Shown here: piece after piece, positions 8,926 to 18,404 of the stretch
Layout: the number at the start of each line of letters is the position of its first letter
Position numbering within the stretch: the first letter of the stretch is position 1
From: Candidatus Latescibacterota bacterium
Lineage (GTDB): Bacteria; Latescibacterota; UBA2968; UBA8231
Assembly (NCBI GenBank): GCA_965242865.1
Contig: CBDETK010000013.1
Coordinates: 3,136,001 to 3,200,000 of the forward strand
Direction of reading: 5' to 3'
DNA: 64,000 bases
Notes under the pieces: generated by a model
Database searches by the model: none
Told to the model about the DNA's origin: nothing
Seen by the model: only the letters and a program-made list of their open reading frames with translations
Made by a program: the position numbers and the translations under genes

Positions 8926-10107
8926 ATGGCCACCAAACGCATTGCCGTCATCGCTACGATCTATCGCTATCTCTCGCACGCCCAGCACTTTGCCGACCGC
9001 TTCTTAGTCGGCTATCCCTACGGCGGCCGCTGGCAGCGCCCGGACTGCAAAATCGTCTCGCTCTACGTCGATCAGCAGCCCGAGGGCGACCAAAGCCAAG
9101 ACCGGGCGCGCGAGTTCGGCTTTGCCGTGTATCCCACCATTGCCGAGGCCCTGCGCTGTGGCGGCCACGAGCTCGCATGCGACGCCGTCCTGATCATCGG
9201 CGAGCACGGCGAATACCCGGACAACGAAAAGGGGCAAAAGCTCTACCCGCGCTACGAGTTTTTCAAAGAATGCGTCCAAGTCTTTGAAGAAGACGGCCGC
9301 ACCGCACCCATCTACAACGACAAGCACCTCTCCTACAGCTTCGCCAAGGCGCACGAGATGGTCGCCGACAGCCACCGCCTCGGCTTCCCAATGTTGGCCG
9401 GTTCCTCCCTGCCCGTAACGTGGCGGCTGCCCGATGTCGAGTTGCCTTTGGGCTGCCAAATCGAAGAGGCCCTGATGGTCGGCTGCGGCGGCTCCGACCC
9501 AATGGATTACCACGCGCTAGAGGCCATGCAGTGCATGATCGAGCGCCGTTCCGGCGGCGAGACCGGGGTCCAGTCCGTGCAACTGATCGAAGGAGACGCC
9601 GTGTGGAAAGCGGGCGAAGAGGGACGCTATTCGCTGGAGTTGCTCGAAGCGGCCCTCTCGCGCAGCGACACCCCCGGCGGCAAAACCAACGACGACGGCC
9701 GCACCCAAGACTTGCTGGGCAACGGCGAGTTGCCCCAGCTCGTCAAAGAGCCGGCCGCGTACTTCATTGAGTACAACGACGGCCTCCAGACCACCCTCCT
9801 AATGCTCAACGGCGCCATCCGCGACTACTGTTTCGCCGGCAAGCTGGCTGGCGCAGACGCGCCCATCTCGACCCAGTTTTTCTTGCCGCCGACGCCCAAC
9901 GTCACCTACTCGGCCTGCTTGGTCGCCAAGATCTGGGAAATGATCGAGACCGGCCGCGCGCCCTTTCCCGCCGAGCGCACCCTAATCGTCAGCGGCGCGC
10001 TCGAAAGCTGCCTGACCTCCAAAACGGAGGGCCACAAGCGGCTCGCAACACCTCATCTCAGGGTAGAGTACCAAGCACCCGCCGAGTCGCACCACGGCCG
10101 CTTTTAA
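8926..10107 (+). CDS. Conserved hypothetical protein, Gfo/Idh/MocA-like oxidoreductase fold (paralog 2)
   Basis: DAVLIIGEHG, YNDKHLS, LAGSSLP, DYHALE. Confidence 0.55.
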   Translation: MATKRIAVIATIYRYLSHAQHFADRFLVGYPYGGRWQRPDCKIVSLYVDQQPEGDQSQDRAREFGFAVYPTIAEALRCGGHELACDAVLIIGEHGEYPDNEKGQKLYPRYEFFKECVQVFEEDGRTAPIYNDKHLSYSFAKAHEMVADSHRLGFPMLAGSSLPVTWRLPDVELPLGCQIEEALMVGCGGSDPMDYHALEAMQCMIERRSGGETGVQSVQLIEGDAVWKAGEEGRYSLELLEAALSRSDTPGGKTNDDGRTQDLLGNGELPQLVKEPAAYFIEYNDGLQTTLLMLNGAIRDYCFAGKLAGADAPISTQFFLPPTPNVTYSACLVAKIWEMIETGRAPFPAERTLIVSGALESCLTSKTEGHKRLATPHLRVEYQAPAESHHGRF

Positions 10108-10123
10108 TGTCCAACGTTCCTGC

Positions 10124-10158
10124 CCCGGGATCGAGGGCGTCCCGCCCTCGATCCCGGG
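10124..10158. repeat. Perfect 16-bp inverted repeat (REP-like hairpin or possible terminator)
   Basis: cccgggatcgagggcg-tcc-cgccctcgatcccggg just after the stop at 10107; no U-tract. Confidence 0.7.
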
Positions 10159-10267
10159 CACAACGGCAACACCAGAAAAGGCGGACGCAAAGCAAGGGGC
10201 GCGTACGAGGCGTCATTTGACTGGCGTTGCCCATAACGAGGCCAAGCGAAATAAGGTCAGCCACAGC

Positions 10268-11950
10268 ATGAACACCGTACGCATCGACCTGTTGCGCGGT
10301 CAGCCGACGGAGACGGAATGGTTGGAGTTCAAGCGCAATCGCTACGCCCCCGAGCAACTCGGAGAATACCTGTCCGCGCTTGCGAACTCGGCCTGCCTCG
10401 CGAATCGGCCGACGGGCTATCTGATCTTCGGAATTGACGACGAGACCCACGAAGTCGTCGGCACGAATTTCGATCCCTATAACACCAAGGCCAAGGGCAA
10501 CCAAGACCTGTTGCCATGGCTCGCGGCGGGCCTGCATCCCAATACGGGATTCGAGCTACGTATCGTCGATTACCCAGCCGGGCGGGTCGTCGTCTTTGAG
10601 GTCGGTCCGGCGCGGGATCAGCCGGTCAACTTTTACGGAACGGCGTACATTCGGGTAGGCTCTAGCAAAACCAAACTCAGCAATCATCCCGAGAAAGCGC
10701 GAGCGATTTGGACGCACGGGAGCGACTGGTCGGCGGAAGTGTGCGAACAAGCGAGTCTCCACGACCTCGCCCCCGAAGCCATAGCCAAAGCACGCGAGCA
10801 GTTCATCGTTAGACATCCGTCGCAGACGGCCGAAATCGAGGGATGGGACGACACGACCTTTCTCAACAAGGCGCGAGTTCTCAAGCAAGACACTATGACA
10901 AACGCCGCGTTGCTGTTGCTCGGACAGCCCGAATCGTCGGCTCTGCTGGTGCCGGCAGTGGCCCGCATCTCTTGGGTGCTCAAAGACGCCGACAACCGCG
11001 AATTGGATTACGAGCATATTGAGCCGCCGTTCTTGCTCGCCGGCGACCGCCTTCTGCAACGCATTCGCAACCTCACTGTGCGCGCCCTGCCCAACGGAAC
11101 CCTGTTCCCGCAGGAGTTCACCCAGTACGACCCGTGGGTGATTCGCGAGGCCCTGCACAACAGCATCGCGCACCAAGACTATCGCCTCCGAGGACGAATC
11201 GTCGTCGTTGAGTTCCCCGACCGCATCCTGCTGACTAATGTCGGTGGTTTCCTGCCCGGCGATGTCGCAACGGTCATCCGGCAGGACGCTCCCCAAGCTC
11301 TCTACCGCAACCCGTTTTTGGCCCGTGCGATGGTTGAACTGAACCTGATCGACACGCAGGGCGGCGGTATCAAGCGCATGTTTGACACGCAGAGGAAGCG
11401 TTCCTTCCCGCTACCGGACTACGACTTGACCGAGACGGAGACGAGCCGCGTGGCCGTGAGCCTCCACGGCCGCATCCTCGACGAGCGTTACACTCGCCTC
11501 TTGATGGAACGGACCGACTTGGACCTCAACTGCGCCATGTTCCTCGACCGGGTGCAAAAGGGCCTGCCCATCAGCCGGGAAGAGCATCGTCGTCTGAAGG
11601 CCGAGGGTCTCGTTGAGGGCCGTTACCCGAACCTGATGGTCGCCGGATTGATCGCCAAAGCGACGGGCGAGGCCGGTCGCCACATCCGCGAGCGCGGGTT
11701 CGACAAGCAGTACTACATGGATCTGATCGTAGCTTTGGTGCGCGAGCATGGGCCGGTCAGCCGCAAAGAGATCGATCAGGCTTTGATACCCAAATTGCCA
11801 GATCGACTGACGGACGCGCAGAAGCGGTGGAAGGTACAGAATTTAATGCAGGTATTGCGTCGCTCCGGCCAAATCGTCAATCAAGGCACGCGTACCCAAT
11901 CTGCATGGATACTCGCAAAGGCGCAGCCGAGAGAGATATTTGATAAATAG
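10268..11950 (+). CDS. AlbA_2/Schlafen-like DNA-binding domain + HATPase_c_4 + HTH protein
   Basis: ETEWLEFK, YLSALAN, GYLIFGIDD, IREALHNSIAHQDY, YRNPFLARAM, IDTQGGGIKRMF. Confidence 0.85.
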   Translation: MNTVRIDLLRGQPTETEWLEFKRNRYAPEQLGEYLSALANSACLANRPTGYLIFGIDDETHEVVGTNFDPYNTKAKGNQDLLPWLAAGLHPNTGFELRIVDYPAGRVVVFEVGPARDQPVNFYGTAYIRVGSSKTKLSNHPEKARAIWTHGSDWSAEVCEQASLHDLAPEAIAKAREQFIVRHPSQTAEIEGWDDTTFLNKARVLKQDTMTNAALLLLGQPESSALLVPAVARISWVLKDADNRELDYEHIEPPFLLAGDRLLQRIRNLTVRALPNGTLFPQEFTQYDPWVIREALHNSIAHQDYRLRGRIVVVEFPDRILLTNVGGFLPGDVATVIRQDAPQALYRNPFLARAMVELNLIDTQGGGIKRMFDTQRKRSFPLPDYDLTETETSRVAVSLHGRILDERYTRLLMERTDLDLNCAMFLDRVQKGLPISREEHRRLKAEGLVEGRYPNLMVAGLIAKATGEAGRHIRERGFDKQYYMDLIVALVREHGPVSRKEIDQALIPKLPDRLTDAQKRWKVQNLMQVLRRSGQIVNQGTRTQSAWILAKAQPREIFDK

Positions 11951-12121
11951 AATTAAAGGAAAAGGGCGCGACAAGTACTGAATCGCGTCTGTCAAATCTC
12001 CGCAAGTATCTGTTTTACAACACTTTTACTCTTTAATAGATTTTGGACATTTTTGAGAAGCTATTAAAGGATTTAGTAAAGAATTTTACCAGCCCTCCGC
12101 CTACAACCGAAAGGAAGCATC

Positions 12122-13177
12122 ATGTCCATCATCCCCACGCGCCCTTTGCGCACCGGCGTCGAGCTAAGCACCCTCGGCTTTGGCGGCGCGCCTTTGGGCG
12201 AGCTTTTCGATCCGGTCAGCGAAACCCAAGCTCAAGCCACCCTGCAAGCGGCTTGGGACGCCGGCATCCGCTACTACGACACCGCCCCGTTTTACGGCTA
12301 TGGCAAAAGCGAGCACCGCCTCGGCCACTTTCTCCGCCAGCAAGAGCGCGGCGACTTTGTGCTCTCGACCAAGGTCGGCCGGGTGCTCACCGCCACCCGC
12401 GACCTCAATGCTTTTGAGCAAGGCTTCTGGCTCGGCGGCCTGCCCTTTGACTTCCGCTTCGACTACGGGTACGACGGCATCATGCGCTCGTGGGAAGACA
12501 GCTTGCAGCGGCTGAGCCTCAGCTCCATTGACCTGCTGTTGATCCACGACCTCGACAGCTTCTTCCACGACAGCGAGCAACGCTTCTCCGCCCATCTCAA
12601 CCGCCTGATCACCAGCGGCTGGCGCGCCCTCGACGAGCTGCGCTCCCAAGGGCTGATCAAGGCCGTCGGCGCCGGGATCAACCGCATGGGGGCCATGCCG
12701 CGCCTGCTCGACGGGGTGGATCTGGACTTCTGCATCGTCGCCATGCCCTACACGCTCTTGGACCAAGCCTCCCTCGACGAGGAATTTCCGCTCTGCGCGG
12801 AGCGCGACGTGCGCATCGTCATCGGCGCGGTGTTCGCTTCCGGCATCCTCGCCTCCGGCCCGGTCGAGGGCGCTCGCTACGCGTACGACACGGCCTCGCC
12901 GGCAATCCTCGCAAAGACTCGCCGCATCCAAGCCGTCTGCGAGCGGCACGACGTGCCCTTGCCGGCCGCGGCCATGCAGTTCCCGCTCGGGCACCCCCTC
13001 GTCTCGGCCATCATCCCCGGCGCGCTCGTCCCAGCGCACATCGAGACCAACGCCGAGTGGTTTAAGCACCCCATACCCACCGATCTGTGGGCCGAGCTAA
13101 AGGCCGAAGGATTGGTGCGGGCAGACGCTCCGACGCCGTGCGGGAATGAGAATGACGAGGTTAAAAATGGCCCCTGA
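12122..13177 (+). CDS. Aldo/keto reductase (D-threo-aldose dehydrogenase-like)
   Basis: LGFGGAPLG, GIRYYDTAPFYGYGKSE, LSTKVGR, IDLLLIHD. Confidence 0.85.
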   Translation: MSIIPTRPLRTGVELSTLGFGGAPLGELFDPVSETQAQATLQAAWDAGIRYYDTAPFYGYGKSEHRLGHFLRQQERGDFVLSTKVGRVLTATRDLNAFEQGFWLGGLPFDFRFDYGYDGIMRSWEDSLQRLSLSSIDLLLIHDLDSFFHDSEQRFSAHLNRLITSGWRALDELRSQGLIKAVGAGINRMGAMPRLLDGVDLDFCIVAMPYTLLDQASLDEEFPLCAERDVRIVIGAVFASGILASGPVEGARYAYDTASPAILAKTRRIQAVCERHDVPLPAAAMQFPLGHPLVSAIIPGALVPAHIETNAEWFKHPIPTDLWAELKAEGLVRADAPTPCGNENDEVKNGP

Positions 13178-16100
13178 GCCTCCCAAAAAGAAGGTGTTTG
13201 ATCACATCCTCGGCGAACACTACACGGTCTTTGACGGGCTGGGCGGGATGCACGTGGAAGACATCTACCAAGACCGCAACGGTCTGCTCTGGATCGCCAC
13301 GGCCGACGGCGGCGTGAGTCGGTTCGACGGAGCGAACTTCGACACCTTTGGCCTGTCGAACGGGATGCCCCATCTCACGGTAATGACGATTGCCGAGGAC
13401 CAAGACGGGCGTCTGCTCTTCGGCACGCTGGGCGGCGGGCTGGCCATCTATGACGGGCAGGAGCTTCAGGTGCATACCACCGAGCACGGGCTGCCGTCCA
13501 ACGAGATTTTGAGCCTGCAACCCCAAGCCGATGGCTCGCTGCGGATGCTGACCGGCGCCGGGCTAGCCCAGTTCGCCGAGGGTAAGTGCGTGGAGCACAT
13601 GCCGGAAGTTGCGGGTCGGCCGCTCGGAGCGGTGTACGACATGGCGACCGACGCGGCCGGCACGACGTGGTTGGCGACGCGGGAGCGAGGGGTTATCAGC
13701 CTAGAGGGCCGCTCCCTGAGCGGAGACATGGGAAACAACTCGATTCAGTGGCCTTGGAAATTTGCCCAAGGCCCCTCCGGCCCGCTTTGGATCGCCTTTC
13801 ACCACACCGGCCCCGAACCCCTCGTAGGCCGCTACGATCCAAGCAGCCAACAACTCGAACTCATCGAGGTAGAAGACCACGCCGAGGGGGCCGAGGCCGT
13901 CCAGCACGGCACGCGGCACGTGCGCGTCGATGATAGAGGCTTGCTGTGGATGACCCGCCGGGGCGTCCTAGTGTACGACGGACAGGCTTGGCATCCCTTC
14001 TCCACCCAGTCGTCGGATAGCCACTTTTCGGATACGCGGCTGACGTACGAGGACCGCGAGGGGAACATCTGGTTGGGGCTGTGGGGCGGCGGGCTGGTTT
14101 TTTGCGATCCGCTCAGCGTCCAGCTATACACCCAAGCCGATGGCCTGCCCGACAGCGAGGTCCAGTGTCTGGGCGAAGATCGCGAAGGTCGGCTGTGGGT
14201 CGGTACGATGGGCGGCCTAGCCTGCCGCCAAGGCGACCGGATTCGCCCCGTAGGGCCAGAGCGGACGGTCTCAGCGCTGGTGGTAGATCGACAGGGGCAG
14301 GTCTGGAGCGGCGGGTCCGAAGGACAGGTCCTCAAGGCGACGGGCGGAGACGCCGAGGCGATTGAGGTGGCCGCGACGGTCCACACTGGAGAAGTCACCG
14401 GGCTGTGGGAAGACCGAGCAGGCCGCCTAAACGTCTGCACCGCCGAGGGGCGATTGGGGCGGATTGAACGAGATCGCTTTACGGCACTGGCACTAAAGGA
14501 GCAGTTTCCCCGCGATTGCACCGTCGCGCTGCAGGATGGAGCAGGCACCCTCTGGCTCGGCCTCAGCCGGAAAAAGGCCGCTATATGCTATTGCGAGGAC
14601 GGCCGTTTCCACACGCCTGCTGCGGCCGGCGTGGAAGACATCGCGGATGTGCGTGCTTTGTGCGAGTACCAAGGCGCACTCTGGATCGGGACGGAGAACC
14701 AGGGCCTGTTCGCCTTAGACTACGCTTCCGGGGCGATCCGCCGGTTTACGGTGGATCAGGGGGTGCTGTCCGTCAATGGGATCTCGGCTCTGATGAACGA
14801 TCCCCAAGGCAGCTTGTGGATTGGGACCAGCGGCGGGGGCGTACTGAGGTACGACGGCCAGAACTTCCATACCATTCGGCTGGGACAGGGCGCGTTGGAA
14901 AACATCGTCGAGGCCGTTGTGCGCGATAGCCGGGGCCGGCTGTGGTTTGGGACGCGCGCGGGTCTCATTGCGTATCGGCCCGGGGAGACGCGGCCGCGCA
15001 TCCTGCTGCGCCAAGTCGTGGCCGGGCAGACTTGGGACAAACCGCAAGCCGTGTCCTGCCCAGACAGCACGCCCGAGATTCAGTTTCACTTCCAAGGCAT
15101 CAGTTTCAGGAGCGGGGCCGGCCAGATGCGCTACAGCCACCGGCTCGTCGGCCACGGCCCGGCCGAAGAGTGGAGCGCCTTCTCGCCCGCCAACGAGGCG
15201 ACGTACCAAAACGTGCCGGCCGGCCAGTTCCACTTTGAGGTGCGGACCATGGATCGGGATGGCTTGGTGTCGGACATCGCCCGCCTAACGGTGCAAGTGG
15301 TCCCCACCCAATCTCGGCACCTAGAGCAAATGCTGCGGGCCGCACATCAGGGGTTTATCAGCCAAAGTCCGGCCATCGCCGAGCTTCTCGGTAAGCTCGA
15401 CTTAATAGCCGAGACGAATATGGCGGTGCTGGTGTTGGGCGAGACCGGGGTCGGCAAGGGGGTGTTGGCGCGGTTTATCCACCACCTTAGTCCGCGCCGA
15501 GCGAAGCCCTTTATATATGTCAACTGCGGGAACCTGCCCGCCGGGCTGGTAGAAAGCGAACTGTTCGGCCACGAGAAGGGGGCCTTTACCAGCGCCCATG
15601 CCCAAAGAATCGGCTACTTTGAACGAGCGAATGGCGGAACCTTGTTCCTCGACGAAGTGGGCGATTTACGCTTCGAGTCCCAACGGGTCTTGCTCCACAT
15701 CTTGGAGGAGAAACACCTGACGCGCGTCGGCGGCGGGAAGGAGATCCCGGTCGATGTGCGGATCGTTGCTGCGACCAACAGGGACCTAAAAGAGGACATT
15801 CGGGCGGGAACGTTCCGGGGGGATCTGCTCCATCGGCTGAACGAATTCTCAGCCGAACTGCCGCCCCTGCGGGAGCGTCGGGAGGATATCTCGCTCTTGG
15901 CGGTGCATTTTGCGAAAGAGTGGGCCCAAGAGGAAAGGCGGTCGGTGCCGCCTCTAAGCGACGAAGTGCTCGCGCACTTGGAGGGATATCCTTGGCCGGG
16001 GAACGTGCGTGAATTGGAGCATGTGATCAAGCAGGTGATGGTACTGAGCCGTGGGGATGTCATTCAGGTGGAGGATCTGCCGCAGCCAGCGGCCCTCTCT

Positions 16101-16358
16101 GTTGAACAAGGGGCTAACGAGGAGGCTAAAAAGGAGGCTAACGAGGAGGCTAACGAGGAGGCTAAAAAGTGGCAAACTTTCGACGCGGATGCGAGAGATG
16201 AAGCTGAAAAGCAGCGAATTTTGGCGGCTCTCCAAACCACGAACTGGCGGGTTGATGGACCGCGGGGGGCGGCTCGGTTATTGAACATGAGCGCGGAGAA
16301 GCTGCGCTACCGCATGCGCAAGCACGGATTGAAACGACCCAAGAAGTCGTCGAAGTAA
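13167..16358 (+). CDS. Sigma54-dependent enhancer-binding protein with N-terminal Reg_prop beta-propellers and Y_Y_Y domain
   Basis: Repeated D..G.LW.GT..GG blades, Y_Y_Y (YSHRLVG..W...TYQNVPAGQFHFEVR), Walker A GETGVGK, ESELFGHEKGAFTSA, Walker B FLDEV, WPGNVRELE and a C-terminal Fis HTH. GAGGT precedes ATG 13167. Confidence 0.9.
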   Translation: MAPEPPKKKVFDHILGEHYTVFDGLGGMHVEDIYQDRNGLLWIATADGGVSRFDGANFDTFGLSNGMPHLTVMTIAEDQDGRLLFGTLGGGLAIYDGQELQVHTTEHGLPSNEILSLQPQADGSLRMLTGAGLAQFAEGKCVEHMPEVAGRPLGAVYDMATDAAGTTWLATRERGVISLEGRSLSGDMGNNSIQWPWKFAQGPSGPLWIAFHHTGPEPLVGRYDPSSQQLELIEVEDHAEGAEAVQHGTRHVRVDDRGLLWMTRRGVLVYDGQAWHPFSTQSSDSHFSDTRLTYEDREGNIWLGLWGGGLVFCDPLSVQLYTQADGLPDSEVQCLGEDREGRLWVGTMGGLACRQGDRIRPVGPERTVSALVVDRQGQVWSGGSEGQVLKATGGDAEAIEVAATVHTGEVTGLWEDRAGRLNVCTAEGRLGRIERDRFTALALKEQFPRDCTVALQDGAGTLWLGLSRKKAAICYCEDGRFHTPAAAGVEDIADVRALCEYQGALWIGTENQGLFALDYASGAIRRFTVDQGVLSVNGISALMNDPQGSLWIGTSGGGVLRYDGQNFHTIRLGQGALENIVEAVVRDSRGRLWFGTRAGLIAYRPGETRPRILLRQVVAGQTWDKPQAVSCPDSTPEIQFHFQGISFRSGAGQMRYSHRLVGHGPAEEWSAFSPANEATYQNVPAGQFHFEVRTMDRDGLVSDIARLTVQVVPTQSRHLEQMLRAAHQGFISQSPAIAELLGKLDLIAETNMAVLVLGETGVGKGVLARFIHHLSPRRAKPFIYVNCGNLPAGLVESELFGHEKGAFTSAHAQRIGYFERANGGTLFLDEVGDLRFESQRVLLHILEEKHLTRVGGGKEIPVDVRIVAATNRDLKEDIRAGTFRGDLLHRLNEFSAELPPLRERREDISLLAVHFAKEWAQEERRSVPPLSDEVLAHLEGYPWPGNVRELEHVIKQVMVLSRGDVIQVEDLPQPAALSVEQGANEEAKKEANEEANEEAKKWQTFDADARDEAEKQRILAALQTTNWRVDGPRGAARLLNMSAEKLRYRMRKHGLKRPKKSSK
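16111..16169 (+). repeat. In-frame 12-nt tandem repeats in the EBP linker (ANEE/AKKE)
   Basis: ggctaacgagga and ggctaaaaagga units giving GANEEAKKEANEEANEEAKK. Confidence 0.7.
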
Positions 16359-16364
16359 GAGCCC

Positions 16365-16441
16365 GTGCGAAACTGTAAAAAGTCGTGCAAAAGCTGTGCA
16401 AAAGCCGTGCAATTCAAACGACTTTTGCACAGCTTTTGCAC
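16365..16441. promoter_or_regulatory. Putative enhancer (UAS), copy 1: phased GTGCAAAAGNN repeats in direct and inverted orientation
   Basis: 23-bp inverted repeat 16385-16407 / 16419-16441 with one mismatch, about 135 nt upstream of the -24 element. Repeated at 36167 and 49150. Confidence 0.7.
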
Positions 16442-16506
16442 AGAAAATCGCCGATCAACATGGCGGCGACGCCTCATGCCGGCCTCGTAGAAAATTATTT
16501 TTAGCT

Positions 16507-16557
16507 ATCCAATCCCTTGTTTTTCAATCCTTTAGGTAATCCTAAAGGATTTTTTTG
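16507..16557 (+). promoter_or_regulatory. AT-rich tract with IHF-like CAANNNNTTR sites and an 11-bp hairpin followed by a T-run
   Basis: CAAtcccTTG (16510), CAAtcctTTA (16525), aatcctttagg-taat-cctaaaggatt; lies between the UAS and the promoter. Confidence 0.5.
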
Positions 16558-16574
16558 TGCCGGACCGGCCTCGT

Positions 16575-16590
16575 TGGCACGAAACTTGCG
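16575..16590 (+). promoter_or_regulatory. Sigma54 -24/-12 promoter, copy 1
   Basis: TGGCACgaaacTTGCg with canonical GG-N10-GC spacing, directly downstream of an EBP gene. Confidence 0.85.
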
Positions 16591-16635
16591 ATAGTCTTTG
16601 CAAGCGAAGCTCATCTACTCTGAGGCGAAACGGAT

Positions 16636-17775
16636 ATGGAAGCCCTGCTCAACGATTTTGGCCGCGTATTTTTGCTGGAGCTGATTATGGCCTGCGCCAT
16701 TACCATCTGCGGTTGCTATACAACCTATACCGATATTCACTTCCGCCACATTCCCCATTGGGCTAGTTGGGGGCTGCTGGCCGTAGGTTTAATCAGCCAA
16801 GGTCTATTTTGGATGTGGGGTGTGGTCGAACTGGACCAAGCAGGCATCGTCTTGGTGGTCGGTTTTGCCGTTGGTTACATACTCTATATCTATGGATTTT
16901 GGGCACCCGGCGACGCCAAATTGTTTTGGGCTTTTGTCTTGGTGCTGCCGCCGACGTTCTTCCCTTCCACTTCCCTCGCCTCCTTTAACGCGCCGATTTG
17001 GGCACTCCTGCTCAACGCCTTAGTGCTCACCTGTTTTGTCTTGCTGGTGCTGTGGGCGGTTTTGCGCCGAGGTCGGTCCGCAGAAGTCGAGGGGGATTGG
17101 GACGCATCGCAATGGCTGTATCTAGGCTTGGAGTTGGCCGGCCTAATAGGGATCGTGCTGGGTTTTGGCACCTTTCTGCTGGCCGAGACCATGACCTTCG
17201 TAGAGGTCGTGATCGCCATCTTGGTACTCTATCTGCTCGTTGATCACTTCGTCCCCCAGAGGTTCCGGCTGACCTTGGCCCTGCCCGGTCTTATCCTCGG
17301 CGGCTACACGGCCCTAGAATCCGGCGAATGGCTGATCTACCTAGTGTTGTGGGGCCTCTCTTGGGGGGTGTTCTCCCTCTATAAAATCATCCGGCGCCTA
17401 GTCCCTCGGTACTTCGTACAGGCGATGCCTATTCAGGCGTTGCGCGCTGGCATGGTGCCGCAGGTGGCGATCTACGCGGTGGGCGGAGCGGCGGAATACC
17501 GGTGTGGCGCAGAGGTTGGGCAAGGGCAAGACATGCTGTGTTATCCCGGCCGGCCGTTGACCAAGGGGCAGGTGCGGACACTGCACAAAAAATCGGCGGG
17601 CGGTGCTTTCGCGTCGTTTGGCCATGAGTTGGCCGTGGAACTGGCCGTCCCTTTCGCGCCGATAATCGCCGGCGCTGGGGTGCTGACCATCGTCTTGGGC
17701 GGCAGTCTGATCAGACCTCTGATCCAGTTGTTCTCTCCGTGGCTGCCGTCGCTTCAGCAGTTGTTGGCGGGGTAA
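16636..17775 (+). CDS. A24 family prepilin/preflagellin-like aspartic peptidase (long FlaK/PibD/EppA-like form)
   Basis: YTDIHFRHIP (first Asp), GFWAPGDAKLF (GD), multiple TM helices, LRAGMVP insert and C-terminal VPFAP. Confidence 0.8.
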   Translation: MEALLNDFGRVFLLELIMACAITICGCYTTYTDIHFRHIPHWASWGLLAVGLISQGLFWMWGVVELDQAGIVLVVGFAVGYILYIYGFWAPGDAKLFWAFVLVLPPTFFPSTSLASFNAPIWALLLNALVLTCFVLLVLWAVLRRGRSAEVEGDWDASQWLYLGLELAGLIGIVLGFGTFLLAETMTFVEVVIAILVLYLLVDHFVPQRFRLTLALPGLILGGYTALESGEWLIYLVLWGLSWGVFSLYKIIRRLVPRYFVQAMPIQALRAGMVPQVAIYAVGGAAEYRCGAEVGQGQDMLCYPGRPLTKGQVRTLHKKSAGGAFASFGHELAVELAVPFAPIIAGAGVLTIVLGGSLIRPLIQLFSPWLPSLQQLLAG

Positions 17776-17777
17776 TC

Positions 17778-18404
17778 ATGAATCGGGATAGAAAAGACCC
17801 TGTAACAATCGCCTTTGGCGTCCTGTTCGTCGCGTTGCTGCCAACCTTTTTCCTGTTGGTGAGCCACTACCCGTCGATAGACGAGCGCGTGCGACAGTTG
17901 CAGCAGTTGCAGCCCAAGCCCTTGGTGCCTGCGCCTTCACTGGAGGACCTGTTGGCACGAGTCAGCCAAGCCGTATCCGACAGTACGCTCCAACTCCAAC
18001 AGGTATGGGCGGCCGAGCCGGAACCGACTTCTGGCCTAGTGGCCGCCTACGCGGTCGTGCGCGGCGGTCCAGCCGTCTATCGGCTGGTGGTGTTGCGCCA
18101 CGACATCGCCTGTAGCGTCTGCCGAGACGTGTTGGCCGCGGCTCTGTACGACAGCGACGCACTGGTGCAGATCTTCCTGCTCGACGATTGGGAGGTGCGC
18201 GGCGAGCGGGTTGATACCGCGCGGTTTTTGCGCCAATTCGCCGGCCGGCCGCTGGCGACCGAACTGGTTCTTGAGGCCAATGTCGATGGGATCAGCGGGG
18301 CCACGTTTTCAACCGGGGGCCTCGTCGAACAGCTCAACACGGCGGCGGCGTGGGTGCGGACGCATCCACTGACGCCGCTGGCAAGCGAGGGAGAAAACCT
18401 GTGA
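17778..18404 (+). CDS. Membrane-anchored FMN-binding domain protein with CxxC
   Basis: N-terminal TM helix, IACSVC, and VDGISGATFS flavinylation-type motif. Confidence 0.7.
   Translation: MNRDRKDPVTIAFGVLFVALLPTFFLLVSHYPSIDERVRQLQQLQPKPLVPAPSLEDLLARVSQAVSDSTLQLQQVWAAEPEPTSGLVAAYAVVRGGPAVYRLVVLRHDIACSVCRDVLAAALYDSDALVQIFLLDDWEVRGERVDTARFLRQFAGRPLATELVLEANVDGISGATFSTGGLVEQLNTAAAWVRTHPLTPLASEGENL

Noticed and set aside
16365-16441. CRISPR array or iterons
   Set aside because: Units are 10-11 bp, contiguous, without spacers, partly inverted, and always upstream of a sigma54 motif. No cas or rep genes are present.
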